64,000 bases of DNA from an uncultured Candidatus Micrarchaeota archaeon (GTDB taxonomy: Archaea; Micrarchaeota; Micrarchaeia; Anstonellales; Bilamarchaeaceae), in contig OY970229.1 of assembly GCA_963714085.1 (NCBI GenBank), positions 704,001 to 768,000 of the forward strand, given 5' to 3'. The position numbers and the translations under genes were made by a program. Of this stretch, positions 56,919-64,000 are shown one piece after another (the first letter of the stretch is position 1; each line of letters opens with the position of its first letter). A model generated the notes under the pieces. It was not told where the DNA came from, made no database searches, and saw nothing but the letters and a program-made list of their open reading frames with translations.

Positions 56919-58544
56919 ATGTCTGAGAAAAAAACTAAGTACATAGTCATAACCGGGTCAATAATGTCCGGGCTCGGCAAGGGGATAGTGACGTCCTCCC
57001 TGGGGAGGCTTCTTGAGGCGCGCGGCTATCACGTCGTGCCGGTAAAATTCGACGGCTACCTGAATGTGGACTGCGGGACGATGAACCCCTTCAGGCACGG
57101 CGAGGTCTTCGTGCTGGACGACGGCACTGAAGTCGACATGGATTTCGGCACTTATGAGCGTTTTCTCAACACCTCCATGTCAGGCACTTCTTCCATAACC
57201 GGGGGCAAGCTGTTCCAGCGCATAATAGAGAAGGAGCGCAGGGGCGAATACCTGGGAAGGGACGTCCAGTTCGTGCCCCATCTGACAGACGAGATAAAGA
57301 AATGGGTGATGGGCGTCGCGAAGGAGAAGGACGCGGACATAGTCCTGGTGGAGGTCGGCGGCACGGCCGGGGACCTCGAGAATGGCTATTTCCTCGAAGC
57401 GATGAGGCAGCTGCGCTTCGAGCACGACCAGCTGATTTTTGTTCAGCTCACCTACGTGCCTTCGCTGAGCCCTGGCGAGCAGAAGACCAAGCCCACGCAG
57501 CACGCGAGCAGGCTGCTCCAGTCCATGGGGATCCAGCCGAGCATCATAATCACGCGCGAGCAGGAGAACCTCACAGAGGAGTCGCGCAAGAAGATCGCAC
57601 AATACTGCAACGTGCAGGAGGGCTGCGTCTTCGACGACCCGGTGGTGCGCACGGTGTACGACCTGCCGCTCGCATTCGAGAAGCAGAACATCTACGTCCA
57701 GATCGCGAACGCGCTCGGGCTCGATCCGAAGCGCGATGCCGAGCTTTCGGAATGGAAGACGCTCGTGAGGAAGATAGCCGAGCCGAAGAACGGACCGCTC
57801 AAGATAGCCATTGTGGGCAAGTACATCGCGGTGAAGGACGCTTACGTGAGTGTCAAGGAAGCATTGGTGCATTCCGCGGCTGCTATAGACTGCGGGCTGG
57901 AAATAGGATGGATAGAGGCGAGCGACCTGGAAGGGAAGGATGTCGATGTCGCTAAAATGCTCGCGAAATACGATGGCGTAATAGTGCCCGGCGGGTTCGG
58001 CGAACGCGGAATAGAAGGGAAGATACGCGCGATTGAATATGCGCGCAAAAACAAGGTCCCCTATCTCGGATTGTGCCTCGGCGTGCAGCTCATGGTCGTG
58101 GAATGGGCGAGGAATGTTGCGGGAATGAAGGACGCGCACAGCACGGAGTTCAGCAAGAACACGACAAGCCCGGTAATAGATTTCCTGCCTGAGCAGAAGC
58201 AGATATCGCGCATGGGCGGGACCATGCGGCTCGGCGCGTATGATGCCATCCTGAAAAAGGGTACGCGGGCTTACAACGCTTACAAAACCGATTCCGTTTC
58301 CGAGCGCCACAGGCACAGGTACGAGGCGAACCCGGATTTCGTTGAAAGGCTGGAGAAATCAGGGCTGATAATATCCGGGGTGCACCCGAAGAACAACGTC
58401 GTCGAGGTCGTGGAATGGCCGGGCGAGCAGTTCGGCGTCGCGACCCAGGCGCACATAGAGCTGAAATCGAGGCTGGAGACCCCTGCCCCGCTCTTCGTGG
58501 CGTTCATGAAGGCGGCTAAAGAGTACGAGGATAAGAGGAAGTAA
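56919..58544 (+). CDS. pyrG: CTP synthase
   Basis: SGLGKG, GTMNP..HGEVFV, D.DFGTYERF, KTKPTQH, PGGFG.RG, GLCLG.Q, GGTMRLG, ERHRHRYE. Confidence 0.97.
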   Translation: MSEKKTKYIVITGSIMSGLGKGIVTSSLGRLLEARGYHVVPVKFDGYLNVDCGTMNPFRHGEVFVLDDGTEVDMDFGTYERFLNTSMSGTSSITGGKLFQRIIEKERRGEYLGRDVQFVPHLTDEIKKWVMGVAKEKDADIVLVEVGGTAGDLENGYFLEAMRQLRFEHDQLIFVQLTYVPSLSPGEQKTKPTQHASRLLQSMGIQPSIIITREQENLTEESRKKIAQYCNVQEGCVFDDPVVRTVYDLPLAFEKQNIYVQIANALGLDPKRDAELSEWKTLVRKIAEPKNGPLKIAIVGKYIAVKDAYVSVKEALVHSAAAIDCGLEIGWIEASDLEGKDVDVAKMLAKYDGVIVPGGFGERGIEGKIRAIEYARKNKVPYLGLCLGVQLMVVEWARNVAGMKDAHSTEFSKNTTSPVIDFLPEQKQISRMGGTMRLGAYDAILKKGTRAYNAYKTDSVSERHRHRYEANPDFVERLEKSGLIISGVHPKNNVVEVVEWPGEQFGVATQAHIELKSRLETPAPLFVAFMKAAKEYEDKRK

Positions 58545-60050
58545 TTACTCGCTCATCCTTTTTATGTCCTGGAAATCCCCATGCGTGGCGAACCTGGCCA
58601 GGTCCATGGCGAGTTCGGTGGCATACCTTACGTACACCTCGCGGGCCTGTTTGCGGATGCTGCGTTCGAGTTCAGGAGGCCGCTTAGTGCGGCTCTCGAC
58701 TACTCTGATGATGCCGTCCACGACTTCGGTGAAGACCACCGCGCTCATCTTTATCTCTTTCCTGGAGGTGCCACGCACGAGGTCTTCTGCGCTGAGCTTA
58801 TGAGTCTGCATGGCTTCCGGAACTTCCAGGCGGGTCCAGCTGCTGAACCAGTCGCCGCCCACGCAGTAATCGCGCTCCAGGGGCACCTCGGTATGCGCAT
58901 CCGAGCCGAAGCTCTGCCCGAGCCCGAACCTATCCGTGAGTTCCGCGGCCACGAGCATGTTGCAGAGGTTGGCGGAGAGTTTCATGTCCTGCGGGACGCC
59001 AAGCGCTGAGGCATGTTTGGCGAGTAGCGCCAGCATCGTCTCTTTGAATTCGGGTGACTCGAAGGACATCTCTCCCATGTGGATCGAATCGTTCCAGCGT
59101 TCCACGAAATCGGTCCTAGCAGCGTATTCCATCGCCTGCTCGTAAGTGATATGCCCGTGCTCGACCGCGCTGAACAGCCCGACGCCCCTTATGGGCAACG
59201 AAGGACTGTTGAAATTCACCGGGTGCGCGATGCCAACAATTGCGTCGTGGCTCGCCCGCAGCGGTTCCAACGCGCGATACATTTCGTCCATGGTCATGCC
59301 AAGGAAATAAGAGGGCATTTTGAGCGACTTGTCCCCGTGCTCGAGTATGTTTTTCATGACATGCCTTGCCGCCTTGTAGTCGGCTGCGATCACTATGTGG
59401 TGCGGGCCGCTCGGGTGGTGGGGCAGCAGCGGCATGGTCATCTCGGTTGCGATCGGAGCCACCATGCCGAACTCCCTTAGGAACGGTCCCATCTTATCGC
59501 TGTTGCTGGCTCCGCATGAGTTGTGCATCGTGGGCACGAAGAAGTCCACATGATGGAGGAGCGCCCTGCGTATGGAAGACGCGACGTGCGAGACGCCGTC
59601 GTCATGGGCTTTGGAGCCGTTTATTATGCGGCCCATGTGGTCATGGACCTGCATGCGGTGGGCTGTCTTGAGGCTGGCCAATCTCGAAAGTTCCACGGCA
59701 ATCCCTTCGGCTATCACGTCCGGTTTGCCGCTTTTCTCAGAGAAGGTCCTCTTGAAATATTGTTCTGCGCGCGTGAGGCGGCCGGCTACCGCGTCCTCCC
59801 GCGGATTGGAGGCGAGCACGCTGACCGTGTCCCGGCACTCGTCCCTTGTCACGAATACCGCGAAAATAGGCTTTCCGTTGTCCCTGTTGAGGATATGGAT
59901 GTCCTCGTTCGGGTATGCGAGCGGCTGGCATTTCCACTTCGCCATGGATGACACGATGCCTGTGGTATCAGCCTTGGCGAAGCCTTTGTCCCTGAGGGCT
60001 AAGTCAATCGCGGATGCGAGACGATCCTTGAATGCCAATCTTGCTGCCAT
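58545..60050 (-). CDS. PHP-like metal-dependent hydrolase with N-terminal extension
   Basis: QVHDH, DDG, TMHN, E, H, AHP, GSDAH: PHP-type metal-ligand order. Confidence 0.6.
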   Translation of the reverse strand: MAARLAFKDRLASAIDLALRDKGFAKADTTGIVSSMAKWKCQPLAYPNEDIHILNRDNGKPIFAVFVTRDECRDTVSVLASNPREDAVAGRLTRAEQYFKRTFSEKSGKPDVIAEGIAVELSRLASLKTAHRMQVHDHMGRIINGSKAHDDGVSHVASSIRRALLHHVDFFVPTMHNSCGASNSDKMGPFLREFGMVAPIATEMTMPLLPHHPSGPHHIVIAADYKAARHVMKNILEHGDKSLKMPSYFLGMTMDEMYRALEPLRASHDAIVGIAHPVNFNSPSLPIRGVGLFSAVEHGHITYEQAMEYAARTDFVERWNDSIHMGEMSFESPEFKETMLALLAKHASALGVPQDMKLSANLCNMLVAAELTDRFGLGQSFGSDAHTEVPLERDYCVGGDWFSSWTRLEVPEAMQTHKLSAEDLVRGTSRKEIKMSAVVFTEVVDGIIRVVESRTKRPPELERSIRKQAREVYVRYATELAMDLARFATHGDFQDIKRMSE

Positions 60051-60146
60051 TTCCTCCCCAGGGTAGACCTTTGTCTGTATATATTATGGTAGAAAGAGTA
60101 TTAAAACGGATTGGTGGGAGGTGTTTTGCCGTGGATTAGGAAAAAA

Positions 60147-60245
60147 GTCCGCTGCTGCCGCTTCGTCGAGTCGGTGATACCCGGCGACTCCTCTCTTCGG
60201 CGGGGGATCCGCTGGGCGGAGAGGAATGCACGCGGCAGCGCGGAT
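60147..60245. ncRNA. Candidate structured RNA (three-way junction), strand uncertain
   Basis: GC-rich island in AT-rich intergenic DNA; helices TCCGC-(T)-GCTGCCGC/GCGGCAGC-GCGGA, GAGTCG/CGACTC, CCTCTC/GAGAGG, GCGG/CCGC; TATA-like boxes on both sides. Confidence 0.5.
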
Positions 60246-60441
60246 AGCTGGTCACCATGGTATTATATACAAACAAACATCTTTTAAAACCATATGTTGT
60301 GCTATTTAACAACAAAATAAGAAAATGCTGCGGGGATGTATTGTTTTCAGCCGTTTTCCTGTAGTGGCCTGTTTTTCCTTCGGGCAAGGCTCCCATTCGC
60401 TTTTTATTTATTACCCGTCAAATGGTTTCTACTCTGGTCTA

Positions 60442-60513
60442 GGGCCCGTAGTCGAATGGTAAGACGCTACCTTGACATGGTATAGATTAGGGGTTCGATT
60501 CCTCTCGGGCCCA
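60442..60513 (+). tRNA. tRNA-Val(GAC)
   Basis: Acceptor GGGCCCG/CGGGCCC+A, D-arm GTC..GAC, anticodon loop TT-GAC-AT, T-arm AGGGG-TTCGATT-CCTCT; CCA not encoded; C:U mismatch at the top of the anticodon stem. Confidence 0.93.
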
Positions 60514-60524
60514 TTGGAAAAAAA

Positions 60525-61127
60525 TCAGCGTGAGCCAGGCAGTTCGTCCCTGAAATCCCTTTCCGAGGCCCAACCCGGTATGGTCCAGCCTGGGATGGTC
60601 CCGTGCTTTATGTTGGCTTCGGTCAGCACCTTTTCAGCCAGAAACCGGACTACGGACTGGTGCGAGCTCATCATCTTCCGCAGTATGGCGAGGTGCTCAT
60701 GGCTGTTGGGGCAGTCGTCCTGCGCCTTCATGACGTCTATGCGCCTCACGGCGAATTCAAACGCAGCCTTGACGTGCGGAGAGCGTATGCCGCTGCCGAT
60801 CATCCTCTTGAGCAACGGCAGCGCCTTTACCATGCCGAGCTCCGCGATCACGTGGGCCGCGGCGCATCTTGTTAGGCTGGACTGATCCGGTTTCAGCAGC
60901 GCGAGCATCCTCGTCCTTTCCGGACCGGTAAGGGCCCTGGAGCATATGTGATCTTCGGGGTCGAAGCGGCGCTGGGCCGTGCGGTGCGCTTTGAAGCGGA
61001 ATGCTTTCTCTATGCGGTCCAGATGCGGGGGATGCGGCCGTGGCTCTGGATGCGCATGGCGCTTAAGGGAGGAGATCGCCAGGCGCGGATGGGCGAAACG
61101 TGCCACTGACTGGGTGTAATGAGTCAT
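60525..61127 (-). CDS. Hypothetical protein with degenerate HEAT-like repeats
   Basis: RCAAAHVIAELG..KALPLL, VVRFLAEKVL; ends with TIPGW-TIPGW. Confidence 0.55.
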   Translation of the reverse strand: MTHYTQSVARFAHPRLAISSLKRHAHPEPRPHPPHLDRIEKAFRFKAHRTAQRRFDPEDHICSRALTGPERTRMLALLKPDQSSLTRCAAAHVIAELGMVKALPLLKRMIGSGIRSPHVKAAFEFAVRRIDVMKAQDDCPNSHEHLAILRKMMSSHQSVVRFLAEKVLTEANIKHGTIPGWTIPGWASERDFRDELPGSR

Positions 61128-61177
61128 ATAAGTATAATGATTGTAACTGAATATAAACCTATCTGACGGAGACGACG

Positions 61178-61420
61178 TCAGAACGCGACGTGCCTTTCCC
61201 AGTGCCCTTCGCGGGGCTTCAACGCCGAGCGCTTCAGGACAAGGGAGGCGCGGTTCTTCACTGCCGAGTTGGGATCGTGCTCGAGCACGTATTCCAAAGC
61301 CAGGATGGAAAGCTGGTCGCCTGCCTGCGCACGCCTATGGAGCATCCTGAGGCCTTCCATCCTCTTGAGCACCGCTTTCACGGATAGCAAATGCATAGCC
61401 TGCCTGAATTCAATGTCCAT
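61178..61420 (-). CDS. Small hypothetical protein (single HEAT-like unit)
   Basis: ILALEYVLEHDPNSAVKNRASLVL; SD-like GGAAGTGA upstream. Confidence 0.5.
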   Translation of the reverse strand: MDIEFRQAMHLLSVKAVLKRMEGLRMLHRRAQAGDQLSILALEYVLEHDPNSAVKNRASLVLKRSALKPREGHWERHVAF

Positions 61421-61583
61421 CAGTGGTCACTTCCTTGCATGCTGGTCGCAGTCCTTGTATATGTTAATTGTGTATGGAAGTGTTTATAAATGTGTGTTAA
61501 TTGGATGGTGAAAAACCACTTGTGAACAAAGTTTCGCTTAGGATTAGCTCTTATATTTTCTTTTCTAATTACCCCGTAAACAT

Positions 61584-62999
61584 ATGTCTGAGTATGATAT
61601 TATAAATAAATACGGTAAAACTAATCGCATGGAGGCAGCGGGTAACTTACTGAGGATTTCGAAAGGCAAGGGCAAATCCCATTCATACAAATGCTTTATC
61701 TCTAGGGATACTGCCGAAAAACTCAAATTGAAGGAGAAGGATGGCCTTCTTCTCAACACGGGTAATCTTACATTCCCGACTGTATTTCATAAACATAAAA
61801 CTGCAAAAAGTTTTACATATGCATTTACGGTTCCAAGGAACATTGGCGATATGCAAAAGACAAAAGTATTGAGATTTGAAATTACGAGAGTAGCAAAAAG
61901 AGAGCGGATTGTATCAAAACCAAAAAAAGGAATCGACCTCCTCAGGAATATTGCGAACAAAACGATGCAGGGGCAGCCGTTTTATCTTTTTGATCTTGGT
62001 GAGAAAACGTATGCGTGGGTGTTCAGCAGAGGATCGAAAGGATTTCTTCTAAACAGGTTCATACCTTTTAAACTCGATAAGAATTTTGATTTTTTCGAAG
62101 TGATGGGCGCATTTCATTGCGAGGGCAAAAAAGCAAGGAAAACGGGTAAGCGGAACCTGGATTCCATCACGTTCAGTAACGGGGATCCTGCACAGATTTT
62201 ATGGTTTGCAAAATCACTTGAAGGTTTTGGTTTTACGAAAAACGAATTCAGATTGCAGATATTGCACAATGAAAAACAGAAAGTAGATGTTTTGAGAAGG
62301 TACTGGGGTTTGAACTTCCCGAAAGAAAGAATCAGGTTTTACTTAAACAACACGGTTAAATCCGAGAAGGGAATTTGCATTCTGAGCGTAATTGGAACCA
62401 CTGCAGGTGAGCTGTTCTACGAATTGTTAAAAATCGCCGAACGCATGGCGGCGACAAAAGATGATTATGCAGTTAGTTTTTTTAGGGGCCTTTCGAGAGG
62501 TGACCTCGGTGTTTCAAGAAGCGGAGGACTGATTGGCGGGGTAAATTTCACCTCAGAAAAAAGAGAAGGCACAGAATTATTCAAAAGAGTTTGTGAAAAA
62601 ATTGGAGTTAGCACTGGAGGCGAGTATTTCCAAAAAGGGATAAAGGGGTTTTGGACCGTGCAGGTTTTTGGAATAGAAAACTATCGGATGCTGCTTAAGA
62701 AACGCGCAATAGCGCATTCTAAAAGGAAGGAGAAATTAGTAAATCTCTTCCTTAAGATGAAAGGTAATAGATTTTGTGAATACCTCAAAGCAGTCAATGG
62801 GGGGGCGATGACTTCAAGGCAGGTTTCGAAAGCATGCAGCGTTTCAATAATATCAAGTAGGGCATTTTTGCAAAAACTGAGAGAGAATAAGTATCTTAAG
62901 GGAAAGCTCAGGAATAACACCCTTGTTCATACCCTGACTGAAAAGGGGGATAGGGAACTTGCGGTTTACACATCTATAGAAAAACAGGCGGTGAATTAG
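61584..62999 (+). CDS. Free-standing double-motif LAGLIDADG endonuclease-like protein with C-terminal wHTH
   Basis: Motif 1 FEVMGAFHCEG followed by ITFSNGDP..I..F; motif 2 SFFRGLSRGDLGV; C-terminal HTH (MTSRQVS...L.KL.E..YL...LTEKG); markedly AT-rich. Confidence 0.68.
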   Translation: MSEYDIINKYGKTNRMEAAGNLLRISKGKGKSHSYKCFISRDTAEKLKLKEKDGLLLNTGNLTFPTVFHKHKTAKSFTYAFTVPRNIGDMQKTKVLRFEITRVAKRERIVSKPKKGIDLLRNIANKTMQGQPFYLFDLGEKTYAWVFSRGSKGFLLNRFIPFKLDKNFDFFEVMGAFHCEGKKARKTGKRNLDSITFSNGDPAQILWFAKSLEGFGFTKNEFRLQILHNEKQKVDVLRRYWGLNFPKERIRFYLNNTVKSEKGICILSVIGTTAGELFYELLKIAERMAATKDDYAVSFFRGLSRGDLGVSRSGGLIGGVNFTSEKREGTELFKRVCEKIGVSTGGEYFQKGIKGFWTVQVFGIENYRMLLKKRAIAHSKRKEKLVNLFLKMKGNRFCEYLKAVNGGAMTSRQVSKACSVSIISSRAFLQKLRENKYLKGKLRNNTLVHTLTEKGDRELAVYTSIEKQAVN

Positions 63000-64000
63000 A
63001 TGGGAAAGAGGATAAGATCCCCGATAGTGGCTGTTCTGGCGCATGTAGACCATGGAAAAACGACGATACTTGATTCCATTAGAGGTTCCAACGTCGCCGC
63101 GAAGGAAGCAGGCAAGATAACCCAAATGATAGGCGCAAGCTATATCACACAGGGAACCATCAATGGCATGGCACAAAAACTTTCGGAAAATTTACGCTTT
63201 CAGCTCAAGATTCCAGGGTTGCTTTTAATCGATACACCCGGTCATGAAGCTTTTGCGAATCTGAGGGACCGCGGCGGCTCCATCGCGGATATAGTAATAC
63301 TTGTCATAGATGTGATGCAGGGCTTCCAGCCCCAGACGATGGAAAGCATACGGATTCTCAAGCAGTATAAGACGCCTTTCGTCGTTGCAGCCAACAAGAT
63401 CGACATGGTGCAGGGATGGAAATCCTACAAGGACGAGCCGTTCCTATCCTCGCTCGCGAAGCAGCCGGAGCACGTGCAGCAGAGGCTTGACGAGAAGATA
63501 TACGAGCTCGTCGGAAAGCTCTCAGAACAGGGTTTCGAGTCCGAGCGCTTCGACCGCATCACGGATTTCAGCAAGCAGATAGCCATAGTCCCGGTGAGCG
63601 CGCGTAGCAAGGAAGGGCTGAGCGAGCTGCTCATGCTCATCGCAGGATTGTCCCAGCGGTTCCTGGAGGGCAAGCTGGAGATAGAGGAGGCCGGGCGGGG
63701 GCGGGGCAGCATAATCGAGGTGAAGGAAGAGAAGGGCATGGGCACCACGCTGGACGTCATCCTGTTCGACGGCATACTGCGCAAGAACGACGATGTGCTT
63801 TTCCTCACGTCCGAAGGCGCTAGGAAGACGCGGGTGAGGGGCCTGCTCGTGCCGAACGTATCCGGCACGGAGAAGTTCAGCCACGTGAACGAAGTGGTGG
63901 CCGCGGCCGGGGTGAAGATATTCGCGTCAGACCTGGAGGACGCCATGCCGGGCTCGCCGCTCGACGTGGTGGAGGATTTCGAGAGGGACAAGGCCGAGAT
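63000..64000 (+). CDS. infB: Translation initiation factor aIF5B (IF-2), partial, runs off the right edge
   Basis: Not in the ORF track. Manual translation from ATG 63000: MGKRIRSPIVAVLAHVDHGKTTILDSIRGS..EAGKITQMIGA...IDTPGHEAF.NLR.RGG, NKID. Confidence 0.96.
   Translation, partial: MGKRIRSPIVAVLAHVDHGKTTILDSIRGSNVAAKEAGKITQMIGASYITQGTINGMAQKLSENLRFQLKIPGLLLIDTPGHEAFANLRDRGGSIADIVILVIDVMQGFQPQTMESIRILKQYKTPFVVAANKIDMVQGWKSYKDEPFLSSLAKQPEHVQQRLDEKIYELVGKLSEQGFESERFDRITDFSKQIAIVPVSARSKEGLSELLMLIAGLSQRFLEGKLEIEEAGRGRGSIIEVKEEKGMGTTLDVILFDGILRKNDDVLFLTSEGARKTRVRGLLVPNVSGTEKFSHVNEVVAAAGVKIFASDLEDAMPGSPLDVVEDFERDKAE

Noticed and set aside
853..59951. Numerous long antisense or shadow ORFs (e.g. 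853..1560, 13408..14259, 20297..21376, 29331..30386, 57180..58316)
   Set aside because: They lie opposite well-supported genes and are expected in GC-rich coding DNA; no motifs
60136..60160. GGAAAAAAGTCC resembles RNase P RNA CR-I (GAGGAAAGUCC)
   Set aside because: Extra A residues, no CR-V (ACAGAA..GGCUUA) partner, and the structured block is only about 100 nt
60577..60606. TIPGW-TIPGW tandem peptide repeat
   Set aside because: A single 15-bp duplication near a C-terminus; too little to interpret
60442..63000. tRNA-Val as the attachment site of an integrated element carrying the downstream orphans
   Set aside because: No duplicated tRNA 3' end and no integrase found in the window
63000..63120. 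Intein in infB at the P-loop
   Set aside because: HVDHGKTTILD is continuous; the LAGLIDADG ORF ends with its own stop and has no Cys/Ser start or His-Asn splicing motifs

Overview
Chromosomal window from a GC-rich archaeon. Marker genes are Taw1, the archaeal D-aminoacyl-tRNA deacylase, PurP, an FtsZ2-like protein, aIF5B and a stand-alone TRAM protein, with TATA-box, often leaderless, promoters. A DPANN/Micrarchaeota-like origin is an inference only. Positions 0.9-26 kb are a large surface-glycan locus. It holds a complete HldE-type ADP-heptose pathway (gmhA, hldE, gmhB, hldD) with two GT9 heptosyltransferase-like genes, although archaea have no LPS. It also has a CDP-sugar/C-methyltransferase branched-sugar module, GT2/GT4/GT-C transferases, a flippase-like protein and several SDR epimerases. 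Lipid-carrier recycling genes (PAP2, dolichol kinase-like) follow at 29-30 kb. Positions 26-64 kb mix housekeeping genes (taw1, dtdA, pheS, purP, serA-like, NAD kinase, ftsZ, purQ, pyrG, tRNA-Val, infB) with three toxin-antitoxin pairs and many orphan genes. Notable unexplained structure: (1) an AT-rich free-standing double-LAGLIDADG gene abutting an intein-less infB whose 5' end is also AT-shifted; (2) a ~100-nt three-way-junction ncRNA candidate next to tRNA-Val; (3) a tandemly duplicated ~1-kb convergent two-gene cassette; (4) an unrecognised ~90-aa domain in three copies; (5) a frameshifted Lrp 5' remnant that supplies the stop codon of a HEAT-repeat gene; (6) a 65-aa two-helix hydrophobic protein with an N-glycosylation sequon. 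No CRISPR array, rRNA, integrase or transposase was seen. All calls come from motif reading only; no database searches were run.
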